Part shown: one piece after another, positions 16,378 to 26,139 of the stretch | How positions within the stretch are numbered: position 1 is the stretch's first letter | Layout of the letters: every line of letters starts with the position of its first letter | Sequence record: NZ_CP014527.1 | Length of the DNA: 64,000 nucleotides | Reading direction: 5' to 3' (one strand) | DNA from: a plasmid | Made by a program: the position numbers and the translations under genes | Notes under the pieces: generated by a model | The model's database searches: none | What the model saw: the letters and a program-made list of their open reading frames with translations, nothing else | What the model was told of the DNA's origin: nothing

Positions 16378-17421
16378 TTACGGCCGGCCCTGCTTCTCAT
16401 AGCGCCGCCGGCAGAAGGCGAGGAAGGCCGCATTCGGATCACGCAACGGCGGTCGGCCGGAGTCATCCCAGAACGACAGCCATTCGCTCTTCAGGTGATA
16501 CACATCCCAGCCAGGCGCGGCCAAGCGCGCATCGTGATACACATCGTCATCGAGCTGAGGAATGTCACGGGAGGACAGGGCTTCAATCGCCTTAATCGTC
16601 GCGCGGTTAGTGAACAGGATCATATCGCCGTCTTCCAGGCTCACTGTGTAATCCGGCAGATGGTTTGTCCGCGCCAAATCCTTCAGCAGATAGCGAAACT
16701 GCTTCAGCAAGCTCTTGGAGCCTGTTTTCTTGTGCAAAAGCTCGATGCTGATCGACCAGCTCGGCTGGCGACCGCAATGCTTGCGGGCGATCTCATAGAT
16801 GCGCCGTTCAAGCGGTTTGCGCAGCCGGAAATAATCCCGATGCAGCGTCAGGCATTCATTCTGATTGACCGCATTGAAGACCCAATCTGATAGGGTGATC
16901 TCACACCAGAGCAATCTACCATCGAGGCCGAATTTACGCGCGACCGAGGCGGAATCAATCAAGCCGAAGGCGCTGAATTGCTCTTCATCGCCTCGCTTGA
17001 TATTTGTGCGAATGCGCGTCCCATCGAGGCGATCAAGGGCTTCACACATCGCCTCATAATCCTTTCCGGACGTGCCGCGATTGGTGAACATCAGCAATTC
17101 GCGCGCGGTGATCCGCACCCGCTTGGAAATGGCTTCGCCCTTGTTCTTTTTCGCAATAAGCTGCGAAATGCAATAGATCAAAATATCCTTGTCATAGATG
17201 GTTGCCAGGCCTTTAACGCTTGGCACAATCTCGATCCAGTTGCCGTTATGCTCATAGCGCCTGACCGTGGTTTCAGGCTTCTTGGACAGAGAATAGAATG
17301 GGTGTTCCATCTGCGCGACCAAATCCTTCAGAACGGCGTCGGCAATATCGCAGATGAACAAGTCTCCTTGCGGATACCTGTCGGGAAGAAGGCTATCAAG
17401 ATTAGTGGTATCAGAGATCAT
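16378..17421 (-). CDS. repA: Plasmid replication initiator RepA (RPA-type 'replication initiator protein A' family)
   Basis: 347 aa. Start codon abuts an iteron array. Family assignment recalled from plasmids of alphaproteobacteria, not computed. Confidence 0.7.
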   Translation of the reverse strand: MISDTTNLDSLLPDRYPQGDLFICDIADAVLKDLVAQMEHPFYSLSKKPETTVRRYEHNGNWIEIVPSVKGLATIYDKDILIYCISQLIAKKNKGEAISKRVRITARELLMFTNRGTSGKDYEAMCEALDRLDGTRIRTNIKRGDEEQFSAFGLIDSASVARKFGLDGRLLWCEITLSDWVFNAVNQNECLTLHRDYFRLRKPLERRIYEIARKHCGRQPSWSISIELLHKKTGSKSLLKQFRYLLKDLARTNHLPDYTVSLEDGDMILFTNRATIKAIEALSSRDIPQLDDDVYHDARLAAPGWDVYHLKSEWLSFWDDSGRPPLRDPNAAFLAFCRRRYEKQGRP

Positions 17422-17624
17422 GCCCGCATATTCGTGGTATCAAAGACCGTTGTCAAGTGATTCGTGGTATCAAAGACCGTTGTCAAGTGATTCGTGGTAT
17501 CAGAGACCATGTCCGTATATTCGTGGTATCAGAGACTGACGTCACCGGCGGCCTGTAGATAACTAGGATTTCAAAGACCGTAGCCAGGATTTCAAAGACC
17601 GAGATTCGGGGTTTTAGAGACCGG
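17405..17624. promoter_or_regulatory. oriV-type iteron array upstream of repA
   Basis: Five ~30-bp-spaced repeats 'ttcgtggtatca(a/g)agac...' (17405-17547). Three copies of 'ggatttcaaagaccg'-like repeats (17566-17624). Followed by an AT-rich stretch with 3x 'ttaacac' (17676-17710). Confidence 0.8.
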
Positions 17625-18913
17625 CTTGCAAATAATCTTCAATGATTCCATAATGTTGAGCGGTGTTCAGAGGTGCTTAACACTATATTTAACACATAAT
17701 TTTAACACATGCGCGCGAGGACTGTAGATAACTTCGTTCAGAATGAACTCAAAAAGCCATTTCAGAATCCAATTCCAAAGCCTTGCCTATGCGAACCTCT
17801 GAAAGAAAGACTGAGTGCAGCGCTTTGAGCCGCACAAACGCCATGATGCTGAAACAAATACAACAAAATCAACCATCTGTGCCAACGGATAGACCGTAAT
17901 TTGCTTGGCAGGGGTACTTAGGGCAACGACAGGATGTAATTTTCAAGACATCTGCATGTGGATAGGAAGGACAGGTAATGGGGTTAAGGGCTTTTCACCC
18001 ACCACCGCTTCCCCCTATTCAACGGGCTTCCTATGCGATTTTAGAGCTATCCGGCTTTTTAGCTCCTGGACGAAGCGGATTAAGCTTTATGACATCATGC
18101 CGCATCGATCGCGGGCCACGCTGCAAAAGCCGTTGCCGTGGCTTTCTTGCCGCCGTCGCCAGCATTGCCGACCTAGCGCAGGGCGTTTGCAATCGGCGCG
18201 GTGAAGCGTTGCCAACCCAAATGGGCCAGTTTTGAGCCTGGTATCGCCACAAATTCCCGCACGGTGGCCTGATAGCGACTGGCCGCGACCACGCCCGTGT
18301 TTGTATGGGCATCTATTTCCGTTCTGACCGGCAGACCTTCGACCGCCGGAATCGTCAACCACCATGCCGGTCGCGCGGGATCGGCCATAAAATCATCCGT
18401 TGAGGGTGAACGACCGTTCAGCGTTAGGGCTGAGCCGAAAATCATCAGCCACTTCCGCGCTGTGGCATCACCGAGTTGCTTGATAATGCGTTCGACCGTC
18501 TGCCTTGCAGCAACGACAGCCAAGCCGAGCGACCGACCGATTGCGAGCTTTGCCCGTGGCAATCTCTTGCGCCTTATCCATGATGAAAAGCACAGGTGTT
18601 TCGTTGCTTTGCAGCCTGCTGCGTTCTGCCCTAGCCTTAAGCGCCGCGAAAATACGCGCCTTCAGCAAGGCTGAAACAACTGCACCGGCGCGACCATAGC
18701 GATGAGCTGGACTTGGGCCGCTAACTCCACCCACCACCCTATCAGTCGTCAAGCGTTGTCGGATCAGGCTTGCGTGATGCTTTGCTCACGCACCTGCAGG
18801 GCGGCCGAAAGGCCGAGGGTGATACGAGAATGCTTGACGTATCCCCACCAAGTTAAAATACCAAAAGCCCTCACGGGGGCATGGATGCAAAGAAATATTA
18901 TGGCCGAATATAG

Positions 18914-20009
18914 GTGTATTTCTGGCTGGGCCTTTGGCCGAATATGGGTGTAAATATGGGTGACGAGGATAGCATTATGCTGAAAACTGACACAATTCAG
19001 ATCACACCAGAGCTGCTGGCGTTGATTGCCGAGGTTGACGAATTCAAGGGCGCATGGCGCGCCCTTGGAACCCTTGCGCCTCAGCGCTTGAGGGATCTGC
19101 GCCACGTCGCCACCATCGAAAGCATCGGCTCTTCAACCCGTATCGAGGGCAGCAAGCTAACCGACCGCGAGGTTGAGCGCCTGATGGAAAACCTGGAAAT
19201 CAAAAAATTCTCGACCCGCGACGAGCAGGAAGTCGTCGGCTATGCCGAGGTGATGGAGACCATCTTCCAAGCCTGGAAAGAGATTCCCATCACGGAAAAC
19301 TATATCAAACAGCTTCACCGTGACCTTTTACGCCACAGCGACAAGGACGAGCGGCACCGTGGCGAATACAAGACCTTGCGCAACGACGTGGGAGCCTTTG
19401 ACGCAGACGGCAAGATGATCGGCATCGTGTTCGAGACGGCCACGCCGCATGACCGAGCTGGTGCAATGGTTGAATGACGCCCGCGAGCTGAAGCGGATTC
19501 ACCCGCTCTTGATCGTCGCCGTGTTCGTCGTCACCTTTCTGGAAATTCACCCCTTCCAAGACGGCAATGGCCGCTTGAGCCGCGCCCTCACCACCCTGCT
19601 CTTGTTGCAGGCCGGCTATGCCTACGTGCCGTATTCATCGCTTGAATCCGTGATCGAGAACAGCAAAGAAGGATACTATCTGGCCTTGCGGCAGACGCAA
19701 GGAACCATTCGCACCGAGGCCCCAAATTGGCAGCCCTGGCTTACTTTTTTCATGCGCGCCTTGCAGCAGCAAATGCGCCGCCTAGCCGAAAAAGTGGAGC
19801 GCGAAAAGCTGATGATGGCAGCACTGCCAGAGCTGGCCGCGCAGATCATCGACGAGGCGCGCAAGCGCGGCCGTATCACAATCGGCGACATGATCCGCGC
19901 CACCGGCGCGAGCCGCAACACACTGAAAGAGCATTTCAAACGATTGCTGGAACAAGGCCACCTTGTCCGCCACGGCACTGGCAAAGCAACCTGGTATGCC
20001 CTGCCCTGA
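18914..20009 (+). pseudogene. fic: fic (Fic/Doc-family AMPylator) disrupted by a frameshift near 19447
   Basis: ORF 18914..19477 has a Fic-type N-terminal region. ORF 19449..20009 in a different frame carries the Fic motif 'HPFQDGNGRLSR' and a C-terminal winged helix. The two overlap by 29 nt, implying a 1-nt indel. Confidence 0.75.
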
Positions 20010-20055
20010 TATAGAACGAGAGGAAGTAACGCAGATAGTGCAATTGCAGAAAAAA

Positions 20056-20175
20056 ATGCCAAAGGCCCTCAAGGGCGGCAAACGTGAAGCTAGGCTGAAG
20101 GTCGTTGACCTTTTTGCCGGAGCAGGAGGGCTGTCGTGTGGGCTTGAAATGGCTGGGTTCGAGACACAATTTGTC
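20056..20175 (+). pseudogene. DNA cytosine-5 methyltransferase (dcm-like) N-terminal fragment truncated by the 215-bp repeat module
   Basis: 'RLKVVDLFAGAGGLSCGLEMAGFE' is C5-MTase motif I (FxGxGG). The reading frame then runs into the hairpin of the repeat module at 20176. Confidence 0.6.
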
Positions 20176-20390
20176 TGTGAGATTGTCCGTAAGAGGATCG
20201 TTGTGCGGACAATCTCACAGACTTCTCTGAAGAACAGCGCAGCCAGGCAATGCGCCGGTTTGCGCTTCTCCGGCCGCATCAATGAACTCGCCATGATCAC
20301 TGAAGATGTCGTCGATGCCGCAGGACAGGCCCTCGTCATCGGGAACGCCAAATAGCAATCAAAATTCAAAGCCATTTAGCGATCAAGGTC
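20175..20390 (+). repeat. ~215-bp repeated module, copy 2, with intact 15/16/15 hairpin at its left end and the 33-bp IR at its right end
   Basis: gtctgtgagattgtccg-taagaggatcgttgtg-cggacaatctcacagac hairpin (20176-20225), then sequence identical to 16164-16345. Confidence 0.75.
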
Positions 20391-20492
20391 ACAACCGGCC
20401 ACGACGACACGCGGCTTCCGCGCTCTCAAAAACCACGCTTGAAACCGTGTCGGTTCTTGGTGATGTTTGCGATGAGTTTTGAGGGAGCTTCC

Positions 20493-20669
20493 ATGCTGAT
20501 CGGCTATGCCCGCGTTTCGACGCGAGACCAGACCACAGAGCTACAGACAGAGGCGTTATTGGCAGCCGGCAAGCTTCTGGAGACTGGCACGCCCGCCCGC
20601 ACCGTCGCCGAGAGTCTGGGCGTGTCACCCGCTACACTGTACCGCTGGCTGCCTGCCCAGACGGATTAG
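20493..20669 (+). pseudogene. tnpR: Internally deleted resolvase (tnpR) remnant
   Basis: 'MLIGYARVSTRDQTTELQTEA' (catalytic N-terminus) joined directly to an HTH 'TVAESLGVSPATLYRWL'. Only 59 aa versus ~185 for an intact resolvase. Ends at Tn3-family IR-4. Confidence 0.55.
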
Positions 20670-20702
20670 CGTGTCTTATTTTCCGTTTTCTGAGACGACC
20701 TC
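20665..20702 (-). repeat. Tn21-subgroup (Tn3-family) terminal inverted repeat, IR-4 (outer GAGG instead of GGGG)
   Basis: Reverse complement gaggtcgtctcagaaaacggaaaataagacacgctaat has ~33/38 identity to the Tn21 IR. Same orientation as IR-2/IR-3. Confidence 0.7.
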
Positions 20703-20706
20703 TTCA

Positions 20707-21054
20707 GGCCCGTGGCATGCAATTCCGTGCCTTGGTTGACCGCATTGGCGCCGGAAGTCCCGCAGGCAAGGCGGGTACGGTCAGGCGACGCAACCGCTTC
20801 ATCAGGTTGGCTTTGTTCTGACGTGCCTGTGCCAGATCGTAAGCCGCCTGCAAGCGCAGCCACAGGTCCGCCTTCACACCTATCACCGCCTCAAGCCGCA
20901 GTGCCATTTCGGGGGATATGGCGCTCTGTTGGTTAAGGACGCGGTACAGTTGTTGACGGCTTATGCCAAGCGCTTCTGCGGCTTGTGCCGTTGTTAGGTT
21001 CAACGCTTCAAGATCATCTTTGAGACCTTCAGCGGGGTGGGGTGGGTTGTGCAT
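20707..21054 (-). CDS. higA: HigA antitoxin (Xre-family HTH)
   Basis: 'AEGLKDDLEALNLTTAQAAEALGISRQQLYRVLNQQSAISPEMALRLEAVIGVKADLWLRLQAAYDL' matches HigA. Start taken at internal Met (MHNPP). C-terminus runs into IR-4. Confidence 0.8.
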
Positions 21055-21076
21055 AGGCACGCTCTTTCTCCCTTTC

Positions 21077-21355
21077 TCAGTGATATTGTTCCAAGTCCAG
21101 CACGCTGAATTTTCCGTTTTCGTGCGTGAACGTGATGCGCCAGGGGCCATTTACGCTCATAGCCCACGTTCCTTTGCGGGCACCTGATAACTCGTGCAGG
21201 CGAAAGGACGGGCGGTTTAGATCGTCGAGGCTGTCAGCTTCATCGAGTATTGAAAGAATGATTGCGATGCGCCGAGACAAGTCGGGGCGGACGCCCTTTG
21301 CATTCCCTGTCTCGTAAAACGCGCGCAATCCCTTGTGCTTGAAACTTGCTATCAT
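21077..21355 (-). CDS. higB: HigB toxin (RelE/ParE superfamily; 'plasmid maintenance system killer')
   Basis: 92 aa. 'MIASFKHKGLRAFYETGNAKGVRPDLSRRIAIILSILDEA' matches HigB. Toxin-first gene order typical of higBA. Confidence 0.8.
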   Translation of the reverse strand: MIASFKHKGLRAFYETGNAKGVRPDLSRRIAIILSILDEADSLDDLNRPSFRLHELSGARKGTWAMSVNGPWRITFTHENGKFSVLDLEQYH

Positions 21356-21447
21356 GGGTGGATGATGACATGTAATGTTACACTTGACAATGGGTCTATT
21401 TCCCTAAGAACAGTCCCCTGTTAAGCCAGTTCCTGTAAAAAATAGCG

Positions 21448-21891
21448 TTATCCCTCCTCAACCCTTAATCCATACTGTCTTATATATCTATAATATCCAG
21501 AGTAATCATTGGTCAGAGAGTGTATCTGGCCCACATGACAGTCTAACCTAGAGACGGTTTCATTTTTCGGTACGGGGACATATGCACTACAACCATCAAC
21601 ACTTACCAACAGAAAACATTTAAGCAGTGTTGCCCCATAAAAGAGATAAAAATAGTGAGATGATGCACTGGGATTTTGACCTGCGCCAGGCCTTAGCCAC
21701 GGGGCCTCAAAATTTTCATTAACATCGAAATATTCTCCCTTACCTGATTCAAAACGAAGGTGAACATTATTTTTGAAATAAGTCGTTTTCTGATTTCCGA
21801 GGCAAACCTTTCCCCAATCTTTACTCGGATCTGATTCCAAAATGGCTTTTATAAGATCATCTTCCCTAACATGTTGCGGTAGGTGTGTCAT
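21448..21891 (-). CDS. Hypothetical protein in a low-GC island
   Basis: 147-aa ORF. Locally ~40% GC vs ~59% window average. No recognisable motif. Confidence 0.4.
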   Translation of the reverse strand: MTHLPQHVREDDLIKAILESDPSKDWGKVCLGNQKTTYFKNNVHLRFESGKGEYFDVNENFEAPWLRPGAGQNPSASSHYFYLFYGATLLKCFLLVSVDGCSAYVPVPKNETVSRLDCHVGQIHSLTNDYSGYYRYIRQYGLRVEEG

Positions 21892-22387
21892 CTCTCTCCC
21901 CTATTCTCGGTGCGTGTAATAAAGAAGAACAGTGGCAGCACTCATCAAAGCGACAAGCTGTTCTCGCTGAACAAGCCTGTCCTTTTCCCCGCTCACGCTG
22001 TGTAAACGAAACATGAGCGTTCCGAGCGGATTTTCCCGCCCTTCACAGTAGCATTGACCGTCGAAATCCTTATGTAGGGTTTCTGCTCAAACACCTTCCC
22101 GTCATCTGAGTCACGCACCATCTTCCGGAGCCAGCGTTATGGGTCGCGCTCCTCCAGATGGTGCAAACAAAAAACTCAACCATCCGTCCCTTGTTCGATC
22201 CGCGCCGGAGGCGAGGGCGAACAGGCACCGAAGGTGCGTGGACGTCCCTCGTCCCGACGCCTTCAGAAGACCAGCGCGCGCAACGGAGTGCAACAGGCCG
22301 AAGGCGCATCGCAGCCACGCGCAGCACGTAGTGCGAGCATGGCGAGAAGCCACCTGTTGCACGGAGAGAGCACGTTGGTATTAGGCT

Positions 22388-22409
22388 CCCTCCCCGATGA
22401 CGGGGAGGG
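22388..22409 (+). terminator. GC-rich hairpin immediately upstream of the IS607 copy 2 left end
   Basis: ccctcccc-gatgac-ggggaggg followed by cgggcttt. No long T-tract, so terminator function is uncertain. Confidence 0.25.
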
Positions 22410-22463
22410 CGGGCTTTAACAGTTCTCTTGAAATCTATCTAAATGTGTGTATATCTATTTGTT

Positions 22464-23087
22464 ATGGATAGATATGTTTCCGTTGGCCGTGCGGCGGCCC
22501 TTCTTGGTGTCTCGGTCAGCACGCTCCGTCGCTGGGAGCGGGAAGGCAAGCTTTTGCCGGAGCGGACGGCATCCGGCCACCGCCGTTATGCCCTGTCCCG
22601 GCTTCAATCCGGTCACGACGGCGAGGCAGCGGCGCAGAAGCGTACCATTGCCTATGCGCGTGTTTCCAGTCATGACCAGAAAGCGGACCTTGAACGCCAG
22701 AAAAAGATACTGGAACTATACTGTGCCCGGCAAGGCTGGACCCATGAGGTTATAGCCGACCTTGGGTCCGGAATGAATTACCGCAAGAAAGGTCTCAAAC
22801 GTCTTCTGGAAGATATCATGGCGGGCCGGGTCGGACGCCTTGTCCTGACGCACAAGGACCGTCTTCTCCGCTTTGGTGCCGAGCTTGTGTTTGCGCTTTG
22901 TGAGGCCAGACAGGTGGAGGTTGTGATCCTCAACCAGGGTGAGGACACCACCTTCGAGGAAGATCTGGCGAAAGATGTCCTTGAGATCATCACCGTGTTC
23001 AGCGCCCGTCTGTATGGGGCACGGTCCCGGAAGAACCAGAGACTTCTGGAGGCTGTTGCAGAGGCGGTCAAGGATTCCCCGGCATGA
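22464..23087 (+). CDS. tnpA: IS607-family transposase TnpA (MerR-HTH serine recombinase)
   Basis: Identical to 24..647. Confidence 0.85.
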   Translation: MDRYVSVGRAAALLGVSVSTLRRWEREGKLLPERTASGHRRYALSRLQSGHDGEAAAQKRTIAYARVSSHDQKADLERQKKILELYCARQGWTHEVIADLGSGMNYRKKGLKRLLEDIMAGRVGRLVLTHKDRLLRFGAELVFALCEARQVEVVILNQGEDTTFEEDLAKDVLEIITVFSARLYGARSRKNQRLLEAVAEAVKDSPA

Positions 23088-24286
23088 TAACAGCCCATCG
23101 TATCGCGCTTGATCCCAACAATGTGCAGGCCACATATCTGGCCCGCGCTGCCGGGACAGCCCGCTTTGCCTATAACTGGGCCCTGGCGGAGTGGGGGCGG
23201 CAGTATGCGGCATGGAAAGAGGACAACACCCTGCCAAAGCCCTCGCAGTACGCCCTGCGCAAGCAGCTCAATGCCGTCAAGCGGGAGCAGTTTCCGTGGA
23301 TGCTGGAGGTTACGAAGAATGCCCCCCAGATGGCCATCATCCAGCTTGGAGAGGCCTTCAGGAACTTCTTCGCGGGCCGTGCCCGTTATCCGAAGTTCCG
23401 CAAGAAAGGTGTACACGACCGCTTCACCCTGACCAACGACCAGTTCACTATCGACGGTTCACACATCCGCATCCCCCATCTGGGCCGGGTGCGGATGCGC
23501 GAGGCGTTGCGCTTTACCGGCAAGATCATGTCAGCCACCGTGTCCCGTGTGGCCGACCGCTGGTTTGTCAGTCTTGCCGTGGAGACACCCGAGGAGCCAT
23601 GCCTGCCCCACGCTGAAAACCAAGGTGCGGTGGGTGTGGATCTCGGTGTCTCCGCACTGGCAACGCTCTCGACCGGGGACAGCCTTCCGGGACCCAAACC
23701 GCACAAGGCCGCGCTGAACCGTCTGCGCCGTTTGTCCCGGAGCCTGTCCCGGAAACAGAAAGGCTCCTCCAACCGCCGCAAGGCCCGGCAGAAGCTGGCC
23801 CGTCTTCACGCCCGGATCAGCAACATCCGCACCGATGCCCTGCACAAGCTCACCACAGCACTGGTCCGCAGATTTCACCTCATCGGCATCGAAGACCTGA
23901 ATGTACGCGGCATGATGCGCAACCGGCATCTGGCCCGCGCCATTGCCGACATGAGCTTTCATGCTTTCAGGCGGCAACTGGAATACAAGATGGCACGGCG
24001 CGGGGGACGGGTTGTGGTTGCCGACAGGTGGTTTGCCAGCAGCAAGACCTGTTCGTGCTGTGGGCACAAACTCGAAAGCCTGCCTTTGGCAACACGGGCA
24101 TGGGTGTGTCCCGTGTGCCGTACGCAGCATGATCGTGACGTGAATGCCGCGATCAACCTGAGACATCTGGCGGTGAGCTCCACCGTGTCAGCCTGTGGAG
24201 AGGAAAGCTCTGGCTTGGGTCGCAAGACCAAAGCGAAACTGGCCTCAGGGAAGCAGGAAGCAAGCAGCAGGTTTACTCATATATGA
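23084..24286 (+). CDS. tnpB: TnpB (IS605/IS607 OrfB)
   Basis: Identical to 644..1846. Confidence 0.85.
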   Translation: MITAHRIALDPNNVQATYLARAAGTARFAYNWALAEWGRQYAAWKEDNTLPKPSQYALRKQLNAVKREQFPWMLEVTKNAPQMAIIQLGEAFRNFFAGRARYPKFRKKGVHDRFTLTNDQFTIDGSHIRIPHLGRVRMREALRFTGKIMSATVSRVADRWFVSLAVETPEEPCLPHAENQGAVGVDLGVSALATLSTGDSLPGPKPHKAALNRLRRLSRSLSRKQKGSSNRRKARQKLARLHARISNIRTDALHKLTTALVRRFHLIGIEDLNVRGMMRNRHLARAIADMSFHAFRRQLEYKMARRGGRVVVADRWFASSKTCSCCGHKLESLPLATRAWVCPVCRTQHDRDVNAAINLRHLAVSSTVSACGEESSGLGRKTKAKLASGKQEASSRFTHI

Positions 24287-24702
24287 GTAGGTTTGCATAG
24301 GTATTGTAGAGCGGTGAATACAGTAACAACATTCGCCCCATACGCACAGGAAGATCCTACAGCCATGAAGGCTGCAAAAACAAATCTTGCCCTGAACACA
24401 CACGCCCCCTTTGTGTCTTATTTTCAGCATCAGACGGGCCGCTCACACCGTGGCTACCCACCACCCCCGAGCAGCACTCTAGGGTAGATATGTCTGAAAT
24501 GAAACACTTAATAGGGGAATTTTGCTCGGCAAGAATACGAAAATAGATGCACAAGAATGATACGAACAGCGATTGCTCTCACAAAAAATAAGTAGCTACC
24601 CCGCAAAATATAGACTGTGTTTTGGCCAGCTACCGGACAGCAAAAAGGCGCCCCCATCCCTCCTAGATATAGAGGGTGGGGGCACAAAACTTGGAGAGAC
24701 TG

Positions 24703-26139
24703 TTATTTCTCGACCATTGCACGTGTCATGGAATCACGCAGCGGCCTGATAAAATAATCAAGGACTGTACGTTCTCCGGTCTGGATCAAAACCTCGGCAG
24801 GCATACCGGCCTGAAGACGATTATCGCCCAGCTTGACCAACTCGGTCTCCGGGACCTCAACACGAACAGTGTAGTAAGGGATCCCCATGCGCTCATCAAT
24901 CAAACGATCAGCAGAAACAGTCAAAACAGTCCCTGTAATGGTCGGAATGGAACGTGACTGGAAGGATGAGAAGCGAACCTCAGCCTCCTGTCCTGCATGA
25001 ACAGAGTCAATGTCAACTGGAGAAACCTCCGCATCAATGACCAAGCGGTCTTTCTCCGGAACGATTTCCATTAGGGTCTCCCCCGGACGCACGACACCGG
25101 CAACTGTATGCACCTTCAGATTCTGGACAACGCCATCTTGGGACGCCTTGATCTCTGTACGCTCCAGAATATTAGTCGCTACGGTGCCACGTTCTCTCAG
25201 ATCAGCAAGCTGCTGCTGAATGTCCCGCAGCTGGGAGACCGCTTCTTCCTTGAATCGCTGCCGGGTTTGTATAATCTGTAGCTCGGCTTCCCCAATACCC
25301 TTCTCTGCACGCGCGACAGAGGCTACTTGGGCACCGATATCGCCCTGAAGCCGCGCAACTTCGCGCTCCATGGACAGAATACGAGTGCGCGGATACCACC
25401 CTTTCTCATACAGCTCACGCAGGCCGACAAGCTCATCCTTGTAAATAGCCACCTGCCGATCACCAGATTTCTTCTGTACTTTTAGACCCTCAATTTCCTG
25501 ATGGTACTGTTCAATACGAGCCTGAAGAATGGAAACCTGATTATCGAGAGAACGACGCCGCTCATCAAACTGGCGCACCTGACCATCAAGAATTCCCTGA
25601 ATAGCTGATTGTTTCCACGCGACTGACAAAAGGTCGGCCGGAAATTCGATCTGTTCATATCCTTCCAATTCAGCCTGCAAACGGGCCTCAACCGCACGAT
25701 GGTTGTAATACTGGTTCATCAGCATGTCTGCATTGGCTTTGGCTTGTGTTTGCTCCAGACGCAGAAGGACATCCCCCCCCTGCACCACATCGCCATCACG
25801 CACCAGAATTTCAGAGACAATGCCGCCTTCTAGGTGCTGAATTGCTTTACGATTGCTTTCAACCACAACCGTACCCGGAGCAACCACGGCGGAAGCCAAG
25901 GGAGCAACCGCACTCCACGTTCCCAAAACACCAAAAAACAGACCAACAACAATCCAGCCGATCCTAGCTGGTTGCATAGGCGTCTCAAATGCGTCCACCA
26001 CACCACCGGAACCACCCCCTCCCGGAGCAGCAACCACGGGCACAGAGGGAGGGGCCTCCAAGGCAGGAACAGGTGCCGGGCCAAGTTGATCTTTGGGTGG
26101 TACAGGACTAGGGTTATTCACGGCATTCATGTGTATCAA
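24703..26139 (-). CDS. Type I secretion periplasmic adaptor (HlyD/PrtE family membrane fusion protein)
   Basis: 478 aa. N-terminal TM 'IGWIVVGLFFGVLGTW'. Long coiled-coil region. C-terminal beta-barrel region typical of HlyD-family MFPs. 4-nt overlap with the upstream ABC gene. Confidence 0.85.
   Translation of the reverse strand: MIHMNAVNNPSPVPPKDQLGPAPVPALEAPPSVPVVAAPGGGGSGGVVDAFETPMQPARIGWIVVGLFFGVLGTWSAVAPLASAVVAPGTVVVESNRKAIQHLEGGIVSEILVRDGDVVQGGDVLLRLEQTQAKANADMLMNQYYNHRAVEARLQAELEGYEQIEFPADLLSVAWKQSAIQGILDGQVRQFDERRRSLDNQVSILQARIEQYHQEIEGLKVQKKSGDRQVAIYKDELVGLRELYEKGWYPRTRILSMEREVARLQGDIGAQVASVARAEKGIGEAELQIIQTRQRFKEEAVSQLRDIQQQLADLRERGTVATNILERTEIKASQDGVVQNLKVHTVAGVVRPGETLMEIVPEKDRLVIDAEVSPVDIDSVHAGQEAEVRFSSFQSRSIPTITGTVLTVSADRLIDERMGIPYYTVRVEVPETELVKLGDNRLQAGMPAEVLIQTGERTVLDYFIRPLRDSMTRAMVEK

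Larger units (their letters stand above)
22441..24315 (+). mobile_element. IS607-family insertion sequence, copy 2 (identical to copy 1)
   Basis: 100% identity to 1-1875 over 1875 bp. Identity starts at 'aaatgtgtgtatatc' and ends at 'gtattgtagagcgg'. Confidence 0.85.

Noticed and set aside
16252-16890. 212-aa plus-strand ORF inside repA
   Set aside because: Antisense to a confidently assigned RepA. No motifs.
17405-17624. Possible CRISPR array (regularly spaced direct repeats)
   Set aside because: Repeats are ~14-30 bp with ~30-bp phasing and abut repA. This is an iteron array, not a repeat-spacer array. No cas genes in the window.
19782-20375. 197-aa minus-strand ORF starting inside the 33-bp IR (MALNFDCYLAF...), also as a 76-aa version at 16091-16321
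   Set aside because: Reads through the repeat module and then antisense to fic. The shared N-terminus is a by-product of the duplicated repeat rather than evidence for a gene.
22139-22419. Short ORFs just upstream of IS607 copy 2
   Set aside because: Overlapping 60-85-aa ORFs in three frames in GC-rich DNA without SD or motifs. Region more likely intergenic with a terminal hairpin.
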